A stretch of 64,000 nucleotides of DNA, from positions 22,967-86,966 of IMG/VR virus record IMGVR_UViG_3300044732_001099; one strand, given 5' to 3'. This document shows positions 32,920-41,395 of this stretch, piece after piece. The translations under genes were made by a program, and so were the position numbers. The DNA is from a virus. Every line of letters starts with the position of its first letter. The stretch's first letter is position 1. The notes under the pieces are model-generated. The model searched no databases and had not been told where the DNA came from. It worked only from the letters and a program-made list of their open reading frames with translations.

Positions 32920-33099
32920 TGATGTTTGGTAGAACGTAATCTTTGTGTTGTCAACAACCATGTACTGGCAGTTGTCTAGTGTTGCTCCGTTCAGCATGTT
33001 AGAAAACAGTTTGTTGATCTGGAACTCAACATCTAAGTCTGGATTATATTCTACTACGTAAACTTCACTATTGGTAAAGTCAAGAATAACTATGCTCAT
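32908..33099 (-). CDS. Hypothetical protein
   Basis: 63-aa ORF closing the minus-strand block, convergent with the endolysin. Confidence 0.6.
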   Translation of the reverse strand: MSIVILDFTNSEVYVVEYNPDLDVEFQINKLFSNMLNGATLDNCQYMVVDNTKITFYQTSLQR

Positions 33100-33108
33100 A
33101 TTGTTTGT

Positions 33109-33972
33109 TTAAAAGATGTAACGTATTTTGTTCCATGGGATAATACTATCATGTAAAGATACAAACCGATTGACAAGTTTTGCTTTCAAATCGTGACGAT
33201 ACCTGATATTCTCAGACCCAAAAGAACTGGTTTTATTCTCTTGCCATTCTGGATTCCATAATAATTTTTCCACGTCAGCCGGCGCGTTCTCCAGGTTATG
33301 TATATGCATCTTCTCATTATGAGTTAGCATGATACATTCTGCGAGGACGTGCTTTTTTATTTTATCATCTACAATGTTATTTACTTGTTCAAACAGCTCT
33401 GTGTACAAAGCTTTTGACTCTGCCAATGCCAGTATAGGACTGAAGTTAATGTGTACGTCATAGCCTGCAGCATAAAAATCATTGATAGCTTTGATTCGGT
33501 CTACAATCTTTGATGTGTCTGGTTCCAGAATGTCAGATAGTGACTGCGGCATTAGAGAAAATCTAATCCGTATCTTTCTATTTGGATTGTAATCTAGTAG
33601 CTTTTGATTAACATACTTTGTGGCGAATGTAGCCATAGCAATAGGATGCTCTACAAAGAAATCAAATATCTTTTGCCATTCATGATACTTCAAGTGCAAG
33701 GCAAAGTCTTCGTTGCAGGAAATATCGTAGGTAGTGTAAACTGGATGTGTCTGATTAGGCTTGGTAACTGGAGTAAATAAAGCATGCTTGTTAATGACAT
33801 CTAGTATTTCATCTACATTAGTAGCCACAGACAACCCTTCCGGCTTATTACGCCGCATGTAACAATAATGGCACTTATATAAACACCCATGAATGAAAGA
33901 AGGAGTAATGAAATCACTACTCCTTCCAGATGGTTTTATATCTAATGCTTTTCTAACTACTTTTGTAATCAT
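33109..33972 (-). CDS. splB: Spore photoproduct lyase-like radical SAM protein
   Basis: GCLYKCHYCYM (CxxxCxxC), YDISCNEDF (SPL-type Cys retained), FATKY, RIRFSLMP, HINFSP, RYR; start MITKV at 33972 preferred over the ORF-track extension. Confidence 0.8.
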   Translation of the reverse strand: MITKVVRKALDIKPSGRSSDFITPSFIHGCLYKCHYCYMRRNKPEGLSVATNVDEILDVINKHALFTPVTKPNQTHPVYTTYDISCNEDFALHLKYHEWQKIFDFFVEHPIAMATFATKYVNQKLLDYNPNRKIRIRFSLMPQSLSDILEPDTSKIVDRIKAINDFYAAGYDVHINFSPILALAESKALYTELFEQVNNIVDDKIKKHVLAECIMLTHNEKMHIHNLENAPADVEKLLWNPEWQENKTSSFGSENIRYRHDLKAKLVNRFVSLHDSIIPWNKIRYIF

Positions 33973-33976
33973 AATT

Positions 33977-34255
33977 TTAATTGTATCTAAAACCCTTACA
34001 CCAATTTTTATAATTAACATGTCTGTCATGGTTATCAATAGAGCTGTATAACCATTCAAGTATTCTTCCTGCTGGCTGCTTTGTGTCAACATCATATCTA
34101 ATGTCATCAAATCCAAAGTACATCACATCGCCAAAGCATGCTATTGTACCGATGTCATTTGCTACCCATGACTCTAGAATCATGTCTTGTTTTTTGCAGA
34201 ACGCATCCATGTATGCTTCTACAATGTTTTTGTATTTAGTCTTTAAGTTGCTCAT
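33977..34255 (-). CDS. Hypothetical phage protein
   Basis: 92-aa ORF with plausible composition, tightly packed. Confidence 0.65.
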   Translation of the reverse strand: MSNLKTKYKNIVEAYMDAFCKKQDMILESWVANDIGTIACFGDVMYFGFDDIRYDVDTKQPAGRILEWLYSSIDNHDRHVNYKNWCKGFRYN

Positions 34256-34409
34256 TGAGTTGTTTTATTGTGTCTTTTAATCCAAATGGAAAACAAGTAT
34301 GTTCCCAAAGATAAAACTCACATTCATCTTCAGTCCATTCGGGTCTAAAATGCTGTACCCAATCGATATAATCCATATCTTTTGCCATTTCAATTGTTAG
34401 TTCTGTCAT
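34236..34409 (-). CDS. Small hypothetical protein (57 aa; not in ORF track)
   Basis: Hand translation MTELTIEMAKDMDYIDWVQHFRPEWTEDECEFYLWEHTCFPFGLKDTIKQLNEQLKD*; A-rich leader; fills the gap. Confidence 0.6.
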   Translation of the reverse strand: MTELTIEMAKDMDYIDWVQHFRPEWTEDECEFYLWEHTCFPFGLKDTIKQLNEQLKD

Positions 34410-34430
34410 TGTGTTTGTTTAGTAGTTTTG

Positions 34431-34504
34431 TGGTCATGACAGGATTCGAACCTGCATTGTCCTCCGTTTCCTTCGGATATCGTCACCAGTTGGAACACAT
34501 GACC
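34431..34504 (-). tRNA. tRNA-like RNA / pseudo-tRNA with non-canonical anticodon loop
   Basis: Perfect 7-bp acceptor stem GGTCATG/CATGACC, T-arm GCAGG-TTCGAAT-CCTGT, D-loop AACTGG; anticodon arm TCCG-AAGGAAA-CGGA lacks U33; weak D stem; no encoded CCA. Confidence 0.7.
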
Positions 34505-34514
34505 TTAAATAAAA

Positions 34515-34651
34515 CTAACAACTTCAGGAGCTTCACCTGCCTTCGATAATTCTTGTACCTCTCAGTTAAGAGTCAGCACTGAGCTTTCTTACTTTGTGCG
34601 TTCTTAAAAATGCGTTTTTATATTATTCCCTGAACGCTAACAGTGCCAGCG
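34515..34651 (-). ncRNA. Candidate structured RNA upstream of the tRNA-like element
   Basis: About 140-nt gap with no ORF-track gene; stems TTCAGGG/TCCTGAA, CTCAGT/ACTGAG, CGCTGG/TTAGCG and an alternative TGGCACTG/CAGTGCTG pairing. Confidence 0.35.
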
Positions 34652-34849
34652 CTAAGTAGAGGGCTTATAGGTTTCGTTGTAATATTGTTCAGGTTTAAAA
34701 TAAACATCACTTTGATTGCCATATTTATAAGCATCTATTATCTGCTGCTTTTCCATTTCTTTGGCTTGTTGAACTATTTCATCAAACTCTTCTGATGTTA
34801 ATGCCATTTTTTGAGATAATAACCATTCTATTGCTGTTTGATTAAACAT
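34652..34849 (-). CDS. Small hypothetical phage protein
   Basis: QTAIEWL...QAKEMEKQQIIDAY...EQYYNETY, a pattern I associate with aquatic Bacteroidota phages. Confidence 0.75.
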   Translation of the reverse strand: MFNQTAIEWLLSQKMALTSEEFDEIVQQAKEMEKQQIIDAYKYGNQSDVYFKPEQYYNETYKPST

Positions 34850-34880
34850 AATTATAATTTATTTTATTAAACTAACTATT

Positions 34881-34919
34881 AAAAAATAACCCCACGAAAC
34901 TATTAAATAACGCAGGGTC
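34881..34919 (-). terminator. Probable intrinsic terminator
   Basis: Minus strand ACCCTGCG-N14-CGTGGGGT followed by TATTTTTT. Confidence 0.55.
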
Positions 34920-34949
34920 ACTCCTTAATAAAAAAAACTAATGAAAAAT

Positions 34950-35297
34950 TTACCAGTTGTCGTCTAAGATCTTCATGTTGTTTATCCTGTTTTCTAAGTC
35001 TGCTTCTCTTCCAGCTTCAAGATATCCTTCGTATGCTTCACCTAAAGCTTCATCAATCATTTCCTTTACACTTTCTTCGCTCATGCCAAGTAGCATAGCA
35101 AGATCTTCATTGTCGTAGTCTATGTTGTCAATAGAAGATTCAAGTACCTCAAAGTGTGCCGGCTCGTCTGGTTCTTCAGGTGCGCCATACTTGTCTCTGT
35201 AGCCATAACTCCATGGTATAAAGTTACCAACTATTTCTATATTTACCTCTTTTCCTTCGATGGTAATTTTATTTATTATTGCTGTTACTTTTGTCAT
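34950..35297 (-). CDS. Acidic hypothetical protein
   Basis: 115-aa ORF with ATGA overlap to the upstream gene. Confidence 0.7.
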   Translation of the reverse strand: MTKVTAIINKITIEGKEVNIEIVGNFIPWSYGYRDKYGAPEEPDEPAHFEVLESSIDNIDYDNEDLAMLLGMSEESVKEMIDEALGEAYEGYLEAGREADLENRINNMKILDDNW

Positions 35298-35695
35298 ATT
35301 GCCTTGCTATTTCTTTTATTGTGAGCAATGTAGATAAGCTTTTCTGTTTCTTCTAAGAACCAGTCTATTTCTTCCTGCGGCATCTTGGACATCAATCCAA
35401 ATACCGTTGTTGCAGCAGCTACGTTATTGAAAGAAATATCTTGTAGTATTTCTATATCTTCTTTCTTAGATGCTTTGGAAAATATGTTATCCAGGAAATA
35501 GTGTGACTGCGCTTGCATGTTTTTAAACATTGATTTATGCTCTTGTCTAAGCGTATTAATATCAATCTCTGCAATGCAATACCTAATGGTGTTCAACGAT
35601 GTTAACATCATATAGTAAACTTCTTTTCTCTTGGCTAACTGTTCTGGTGTCAGTTCAATCTTAACCTGTGTTCTTTTAACACGTATCTTATTCAT
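35294..35695 (-). CDS. Hypothetical protein
   Basis: 133-aa ORF in a tightly coupled operon. Confidence 0.7.
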   Translation of the reverse strand: MNKIRVKRTQVKIELTPEQLAKRKEVYYMMLTSLNTIRYCIAEIDINTLRQEHKSMFKNMQAQSHYFLDNIFSKASKKEDIEILQDISFNNVAAATTVFGLMSKMPQEEIDWFLEETEKLIYIAHNKRNSKAI

Positions 35696-35957
35696 ATCTC
35701 AAATGTTTCTTTGCAATCCTATTCATCCAAGCTGTTAATCTATACTGACCTACAAACTCTGCACTATCTGTTATTTCAAATCTCACCACAAACTCACCAG
35801 TAGATTCGTCAAGATAAATGTCCTCAATATTCACTCCAATGTTAGCGGATGACTCTTCCATATCACGTCGAAACGCCGATATATTGTTGATTAGAGACCT
35901 CTCGTCAAAATAAGCAGGTTTTAAAAGGCTTATTTCTACAGCTTTAATTTTTAGCAT
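35688..35957 (-). CDS. Hypothetical protein
   Basis: 89-aa ORF overlapping its neighbours. Confidence 0.65.
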   Translation of the reverse strand: MLKIKAVEISLLKPAYFDERSLINNISAFRRDMEESSANIGVNIEDIYLDESTGEFVVRFEITDSAEFVGQYRLTAWMNRIAKKHLRYE

Positions 35958-36169
35958 TACTTTTCTTTTGTTACTCTTACAATAGTTTTTTCTGCATAAA
36001 CATTATTTACCCAATCGCATTGACGATCTGGCAATGATGTTGTTAATCCAGAAGATGACATAGCGACATGTTTTTCTGCCCATTCTTTTGCTTCATCTAA
36101 TGTTTCAGGACCAACAAATGTGTATTCTACGTTAAAAGTGTACCTAACTTTTACTTTGTATGTTCCCAT
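35957..36169 (-). CDS. Hypothetical protein
   Basis: 70-aa ORF with TAATG stop/start overlap. Confidence 0.65.
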   Translation of the reverse strand: MGTYKVKVRYTFNVEYTFVGPETLDEAKEWAEKHVAMSSSGLTTSLPDRQCDWVNNVYAEKTIVRVTKEK

Positions 36170-36690
36170 AGTTTTTTAAGATTGCTGATTGATTTGTTAA
36201 CACGCATTGGATTTCTCCAGATTGATTCGGGTAGGATAATATAATCTCTGTTGTCAATAGGGTTTATTAGGTAAATATCCGTTTGCTCTTCTAATACTTC
36301 ATACTTATATCTTTTTACTTCGTACGATAATATTTCTTTTTCTTCAGTAACAAAGTAAACTATAGAAGCAAGCTCAAAGTATTGCTCATTGCTTTCATTT
36401 ACTACATTACTAAAGTTTTCAACTAGCTTTTCTATTCCTTTTCTAGTCCCGCATTCGTATAAAATATCGTCTTTAGAAAACAAATGTTCCTGTCCGGAAG
36501 AAATCATTATCTTGTTGACATCCAAAGTATCTGTATACATGTAAGATATAAGAAAGCTTTCAAAGAGAGTAGTAGTTTCGCTTTTATTACTTTTACTCAC
36601 TTTCTTATTCTTACCGTTGGCAATAACAAGCATTTGCTTAGAGCTTGTTGGATTCTTTACGCAGTATATTCTACCCTTCCTGACGTTCAT
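36151..36690 (-). CDS. Hypothetical protein
   Basis: 179-aa ORF in the operon. Confidence 0.65.
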   Translation of the reverse strand: MNVRKGRIYCVKNPTSSKQMLVIANGKNKKVSKSNKSETTTLFESFLISYMYTDTLDVNKIMISSGQEHLFSKDDILYECGTRKGIEKLVENFSNVVNESNEQYFELASIVYFVTEEKEILSYEVKRYKYEVLEEQTDIYLINPIDNRDYIILPESIWRNPMRVNKSISNLKKLWEHTK

Positions 36691-36904
36691 TTTTTAATAA
36701 CTCTTGTGTGTATTGCTCTACTTTATCGTAAGCAAAATCAATATCCTTTCTTACTTTTTCTTTGTGCAGCTCTATAACTTTATCTGCATCATTGCTAATC
36801 AAACCAATTAAAGTTTGCAATCCGCGCATTTTACCTTCAAGATAAAGAATTGTTTCTTTCCAAGTTTGTAACATCTTGTGGCTTTCCATCTGGCTTTTGC
36901 TCAT
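36671..36904 (-). CDS. Small coiled-coil hypothetical protein
   Basis: 77-aa ORF; start uncertain because it overlaps the upstream gene by 68 nt. Confidence 0.55.
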   Translation of the reverse strand: MSKSQMESHKMLQTWKETILYLEGKMRGLQTLIGLISNDADKVIELHKEKVRKDIDFAYDKVEQYTQELLKNERQEG

Positions 36905-37286
36905 AGTATTCTTTTATAAAATGTAAAAAGTTATTCTTAAACCATTCTTTGTGCCCACTAGGAAACTCAACAAAATCAGCAGATCCATAAACCGTATTAT
37001 TGGCCCGCAGCATATACCAGCATGCCATATAATCACGGCCGTCTTTTGGTTTGTATGTCATAATTTCAAAGTAGCCTTTGTCAAACGTAAAAGCCTTTGA
37101 CCACATCTCTACCTCATTGATTACGCAATCTGGAGTGTCGTGCCGCATAAGATTAAATGAGCTTATCTCCCAGGCTTCATCTGTTACAGCTTCGTAACCA
37201 ACAAGCTTAACATAGTACATAAAGTCGATAAAGTCATCGACAGTTTTCTCCGATTCAATGTATTTTTTTAAGTTAATATATTGCAT
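36837..37286 (-). CDS. Hypothetical protein
   Basis: 149-aa ORF. Confidence 0.65.
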   Translation of the reverse strand: MQYINLKKYIESEKTVDDFIDFMYYVKLVGYEAVTDEAWEISSFNLMRHDTPDCVINEVEMWSKAFTFDKGYFEIMTYKPKDGRDYMACWYMLRANNTVYGSADFVEFPSGHKEWFKNNFLHFIKEYYEQKPDGKPQDVTNLERNNSLS

Positions 37287-37297
37287 TAAACATTGTA

Positions 37298-37573
37298 TTA
37301 AATATCTGAAAACAAATCTTTTGCTTTAGGTGTGAATACTGGCCAGGGATATTCCTTATCATTTTTTACCCAACAGATAACATCTTTGAGATCATATACT
37401 TCATAACCTTTAGCAAAAAACATATCAAGCAGACATTCGTTGTCATTTATTTCATACCATCTGTATAATCTACCACATTTGGGTTTACCTGTGCCATGCC
37501 CTTTGACTTTCAGATAAACCCCTGTGGCTTTAGCTATTTTATAACATTTATCTCGATATTGACGTAAGTTCAT
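37298..37573 (-). CDS. Hypothetical protein
   Basis: ATG at 37573 (MNLRQY); the ORF track extends it to a non-ATG start at 37588. Confidence 0.6.
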   Translation of the reverse strand: MNLRQYRDKCYKIAKATGVYLKVKGHGTGKPKCGRLYRWYEINDNECLLDMFFAKGYEVYDLKDVICWVKNDKEYPWPVFTPKAKDLFSDI

Positions 37574-37577
37574 CCAA

Positions 37578-37585
37578 CAAATATA
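37578..37585 (-). promoter_or_regulatory. Bacteroidota-type -7 element TATATTTG
   Basis: Matches TAnnTTTG on the minus strand in an intergenic gap, 4 nt before the ATG. Confidence 0.45.
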
Positions 37586-37665
37586 CAATACAAAAAGACT
37601 AATATATAGAATATCATTAGGGCAAATATTAATAATCTTTTTGCTGTTTTATTCATTGCAGATTT

Positions 37666-38286
37666 TTATAAATATCCGTTATCAACAAACGAATAATAAC
37701 CATCAATAGTAATAATCAAGTGCTCAAGTAGTTTTAAATCAAGCAACAAGGCAGCTTCTTTTATCTTTACTGTAAGGTTAAGATCTTCTTGTGATGGATT
37801 TATATTGCCGCTAGGATGATTATGAGCAATAATAAAACTAGACACACGATTATGTTCTAGTATTTTCTTAAACAAGATCTTTGTGTCGACTACTGTTGCA
37901 GAGACACCACCTTTAGAAAGCTGTATTGGTTTACAAAGAGCTACATTTTTCCTATTCAATGGTATAAAGTAAAACTCTTCCTGATTTAATAGGCCCATAA
38001 ACTTAAAGTACTGGTAGCAATCATTACTTTTAGTTATCTGAGCATTATTTATTTCAGCTGGTACAATATTCTTTGCAATGTGTAGCTTTCTGGCACTGGT
38101 TTTACTCATGCCAATCTTTAAATAATCTTCTTCAGATGCAATCAAAGCAACGTACTCATTGGAGAAATAGCCATATAGTTTTTCTGTATCCCTGACACCA
38201 ATAAGCTCCTGGATAAGTTCTTTGTTTGGCTTTTTGTAGTCTGCTTCGCTTTCTCTAAATATCATAACTCCTGTGAAATCTTCCAA
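37666..38286 (-). CDS. radC: RadC-like JAB domain protein
   Basis: QEEFY..LNRKN, SKGGVSATVVD, IIAHNHPSG...PSQEDL.LT, LLEHLII. Confidence 0.88.
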   Translation of the reverse strand: MEDFTGVMIFRESEADYKKPNKELIQELIGVRDTEKLYGYFSNEYVALIASEEDYLKIGMSKTSARKLHIAKNIVPAEINNAQITKSNDCYQYFKFMGLLNQEEFYFIPLNRKNVALCKPIQLSKGGVSATVVDTKILFKKILEHNRVSSFIIAHNHPSGNINPSQEDLNLTVKIKEAALLLDLKLLEHLIITIDGYYSFVDNGYL

Positions 38287-38888
38287 AATGATAATGCTTT
38301 TTCCTCTGTTGACTCTTTTAATCTTTCAACAGCGTTAATGTAAAGATAATGAGGAGAATTGACAAATTCACCAGTTTTCATGTTCAAATAACAGATATGC
38401 TCATCAAGTGTATCAAATGTAGCCTCATCATGAACCAACTCCACGTATGGTTTAGTTCTGATATGATTGTCGCTGATAATCTCACCGGAAAAGCATTTGT
38501 TAAGTACATACCGATTAAAGTTTCTGCTATCTTCTTTGCTGTACGTAAACACATTTACACCATCAGTAACACTGGCAAACTTAGATGCCATGTCCTGTAT
38601 GTTTGTAACCGGTGCGCTCATCACAATGCTACCACCTCTAACAACAACTATGTAAACAGGAGTTGCTATTGATGTGTGGTGTACATAGTGAAGATACCAA
38701 TCCCGGGGATCTGTATGCTGTGTAATGTAGTTCTCAAAATCCCTGATATTCTTTTCAAATAATTGATTGAGAAACAAGTTCTGCTGAAATACTGACAAGC
38801 CGTCAAAAGAAACAGCTGGGCCGCCGTATACAACGACAGCCACAGCAATATTTCTATTTTGAAACTTGTTAAAAGGGAATGTTTCCAT
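38262..38888 (-). CDS. Hypothetical protein
   Basis: 208-aa ORF between the ParB-like and RadC genes. Confidence 0.65.
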   Translation of the reverse strand: METFPFNKFQNRNIAVAVVVYGGPAVSFDGLSVFQQNLFLNQLFEKNIRDFENYITQHTDPRDWYLHYVHHTSIATPVYIVVVRGGSIVMSAPVTNIQDMASKFASVTDGVNVFTYSKEDSRNFNRYVLNKCFSGEIISDNHIRTKPYVELVHDEATFDTLDEHICYLNMKTGEFVNSPHYLYINAVERLKESTEEKALSFWKISQEL

Positions 38889-40927
38889 TAGCTAATAACT
38901 TGATATTTATTTTTATCGTTTTTGTAAGCAAATGCTGTTTTGAAGTTAAGGCATTCTTTCACTTTCGTAAAGAACGAAACAAACATTGCCCTTCTTCTCT
39001 GCTCTGTATCACTAGACTTGATGATGCCTTTGATATCAAATGTCTGTAACATAGCATTTGCATTGACAAAGTTATGTTCATGCATTAAACTAGCAAGTTC
39101 TTTCATGTTGGCATTTAAATCAGTGCCATTCAGAGTTTCCTCTTTAGTTGCAGCGTTAAACATTTCAGCGCCTTTCTCCTGACAAAGTTTTATCATTGCA
39201 AGGCCTGCAAGCATACTATTAGAATCAGCATCATCATCAATAGTGTTTAGTATCTGATTTACAAGATTCTTAACACGCATTCTCATAATAAACTCACTAC
39301 CTTTGTATGGAATACCAATGTTCTTGCAGATGTAAGTAAGCAATGCTTCATCAGCTTCATCGATAGAATTGTAAATGCTTTTGCCTGTTTCATAGACATT
39401 AATGTAGCACATATCTGTGACAAACTTACGTCTGGCTTTAGCATCATCATCAATTTCTTCAGATCTTTCTGTTGCTTTCTCGGTCATATCTGCACGCTTT
39501 AACTCAATGTAGCCATACTCATTCTCGTATTCTTTCTCTAAATCTATGTTATTGTCTTTAAAGAACAGACTAAGAATATTTGGAGAATAGGATGACATTG
39601 TCATTAGATTTGCTTGTAAATATACAGTCATAGCATAGCCGGCACCAGCTTTATCAACAAGGTCTGACCCATTAGCAATCTCTTCATCAAGCAAATGCTC
39701 AATACAAGCTTTCATTGTATTGTTAATGTGAATGCCTTTAAAGAAAGCACGCAATGCATATTCAAGTTCTGCTCCTTCTTGATTAAGTCGCTTCATCAAT
39801 CTGAATACAACATCTTTTCTTGCTTGTTCTTTCAAGCTAGTAATCTTACGATTAACACGCTCAATAGCAGCATCTTGCTTTTTCTCTACATAGCTTTCTT
39901 CTGCTTTTACACTTTCAATCAAAGATGGCTTTACAAAAAACTTGATACTGCCATCATAATCCCAGCAGGCAACTTCTTCAGGGTGAGTACCCATATCGCA
40001 ATGTACATAACCCATAATGTCATATCTGTCAACAACTTTAAGTTTGTTATCATCGATAAACTTTTCCCAGTATGCTTTTGATCTAGCTTTTGTTGCATCG
40101 CTATCAGATGTTCTAGGCCTATCAAACATACTACCTACGTTGATGTACCATTTCTCTTCTTTGATATTTGGATGAACATTGCCATACAAATCAACAAAGC
40201 TTTCCTCTGGAACACTTTCAGATATTTCCGGCATGCAATAGTTAGACAATCTCAATATTTCTCTGTCATCAAGAGCTTCACCTTCTGTGTGCAAATCGCG
40301 ATCATAAATCTCATCAACAATCATTTTTTGTACAGCATCAGGCATATCACATAGTGCAGTAGCACCAGACTCATCAATAACTCCTTCAAAGCAGAGCTTG
40401 ATAGCTTCTTTGTTCAATGCTGCTATCTTGCGAAGTGATGTTGCTCTATTTACAGAAATGCCAAGCTGACTAGCAATCTTTGGTAGTGTCACGCCTTTTA
40501 CAGCAACAGCCTGTCTGATTGCATGGGCCAGTGTAATAAAGTGCTGCTCACTACGCAATACATTTTCAGTCAATGAATCGACAATGTTAATGCCATCCAT
40601 AATATAAACTGGGATTTCTGCAGTAGCGTCAATCTCCTTACACAAATCTTCATAACGAGTAACAAATGTCATTGCTCTAGTATAGCCGGCACGAACAATA
40701 TACTTACCTTTTACTTGCTCGCAGATGATTGGTTGCAGCAATAAAGAACCAGTCTTTTTGTAGGTTTCAACCATTGAACCATACATTTTATCAATAGCAT
40801 CACCGTATGGAGTAGCATCGTTTACGTCATAATCTATGCCAGCAAACCTAGGATTAGGCACAGAAAAGTCAAGCAAATCTGGAGTTACTTTTAACATTTC
40901 GTTTTTAATTTTAATATTAGAAGACAT
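38888..40927 (-). CDS. ParB/Spo0J-like protein (ParB-N plus HTH) with long C-terminal extension
   Basis: LLLQPII...YIVRAGYTRAM (divergent GxRR box), TENVLR (ENxxR), HTH TLPKIASQLGISVNRATSL; 679 aa. Confidence 0.75.
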   Translation of the reverse strand: MSSNIKIKNEMLKVTPDLLDFSVPNPRFAGIDYDVNDATPYGDAIDKMYGSMVETYKKTGSLLLQPIICEQVKGKYIVRAGYTRAMTFVTRYEDLCKEIDATAEIPVYIMDGINIVDSLTENVLRSEQHFITLAHAIRQAVAVKGVTLPKIASQLGISVNRATSLRKIAALNKEAIKLCFEGVIDESGATALCDMPDAVQKMIVDEIYDRDLHTEGEALDDREILRLSNYCMPEISESVPEESFVDLYGNVHPNIKEEKWYINVGSMFDRPRTSDSDATKARSKAYWEKFIDDNKLKVVDRYDIMGYVHCDMGTHPEEVACWDYDGSIKFFVKPSLIESVKAEESYVEKKQDAAIERVNRKITSLKEQARKDVVFRLMKRLNQEGAELEYALRAFFKGIHINNTMKACIEHLLDEEIANGSDLVDKAGAGYAMTVYLQANLMTMSSYSPNILSLFFKDNNIDLEKEYENEYGYIELKRADMTEKATERSEEIDDDAKARRKFVTDMCYINVYETGKSIYNSIDEADEALLTYICKNIGIPYKGSEFIMRMRVKNLVNQILNTIDDDADSNSMLAGLAMIKLCQEKGAEMFNAATKEETLNGTDLNANMKELASLMHEHNFVNANAMLQTFDIKGIIKSSDTEQRRRAMFVSFFTKVKECLNFKTAFAYKNDKNKYQVIS

Positions 40928-40938
40928 ATAAATGGTTT

Positions 40939-40973
40939 AAAAAGTAGCCTGCACACAGTTTCCTTGTGCAGGC
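40939..40973 (-). terminator. Intrinsic terminator after ssb
   Basis: GCCTGCACA-N9-TGTGCAGGC then TACTTTTT on the minus strand. Confidence 0.75.
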
Positions 40974-40988
40974 GTAGTGAAATAATAT

Positions 40989-41393
40989 TTAGAACGGCAA
41001 ATCTCCTACAGGCTGCTCATCTTGTGAGCAAATCCAAGAGCCTGATTCATAATACCAGCCTTCAACCCATGTTGCTTTATAGCGAACAGTAGACTTTTCA
41101 AGCTTAGTATTGTTATCAGTCCACTTCTCAAGCTTAGGAAGTACGCGAACAACAGCCATATGCTTTTGTAACACGATGTCTTTCACTTGTCTTACAAGCT
41201 TTTCGCCATAGGCAATGCAGTTAGCATAATATGGTTCACTTTCCTGCTTGTTGCCATCTTTGTCTTTCCAGACATCTTTTATAAGGACAACAAACTTTAC
41301 GCCCGGGCCTCTCTCAGTTGAAAAGTCTTCTACTTTAGTGTCAAGGATTTTACCCGACAATTGTGTGCCAGGAAGAAACTTCTGTGTTTTCAT
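40989..41393 (-). CDS. ssb: Single-stranded DNA-binding protein
   Basis: OB-fold-like pattern (WKDKDGNKQE..Y.NCIAYG, EKWTD) and acidic C-terminus ending DLPF; in the ERF operon. Confidence 0.75.
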   Translation of the reverse strand: MKTQKFLPGTQLSGKILDTKVEDFSTERGPGVKFVVLIKDVWKDKDGNKQESEPYYANCIAYGEKLVRQVKDIVLQKHMAVVRVLPKLEKWTDNNTKLEKSTVRYKATWVEGWYYESGSWICSQDEQPVGDLPF

Positions 41394-41395
41394 GA

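Noticed and set aside
33973-34116. N-terminal extension of the SPL-like ORF
   Set aside because: Overlaps the 33977-34255 gene; family-like sequence starts at MITKV (33972)
34431-34504. Functional tRNA-Ser(GGA) or tmRNA tRNA-like domain
   Set aside because: No U33, no long variable arm, weak D stem; no G3-U70 alanine identity pair for tmRNA
34540-34570. Hammerhead ribozyme or TPP riboswitch (CTGAGAG on the minus strand)
   Set aside because: Does not fit CUGANGA...GAAA and lacks the remaining TPP consensus
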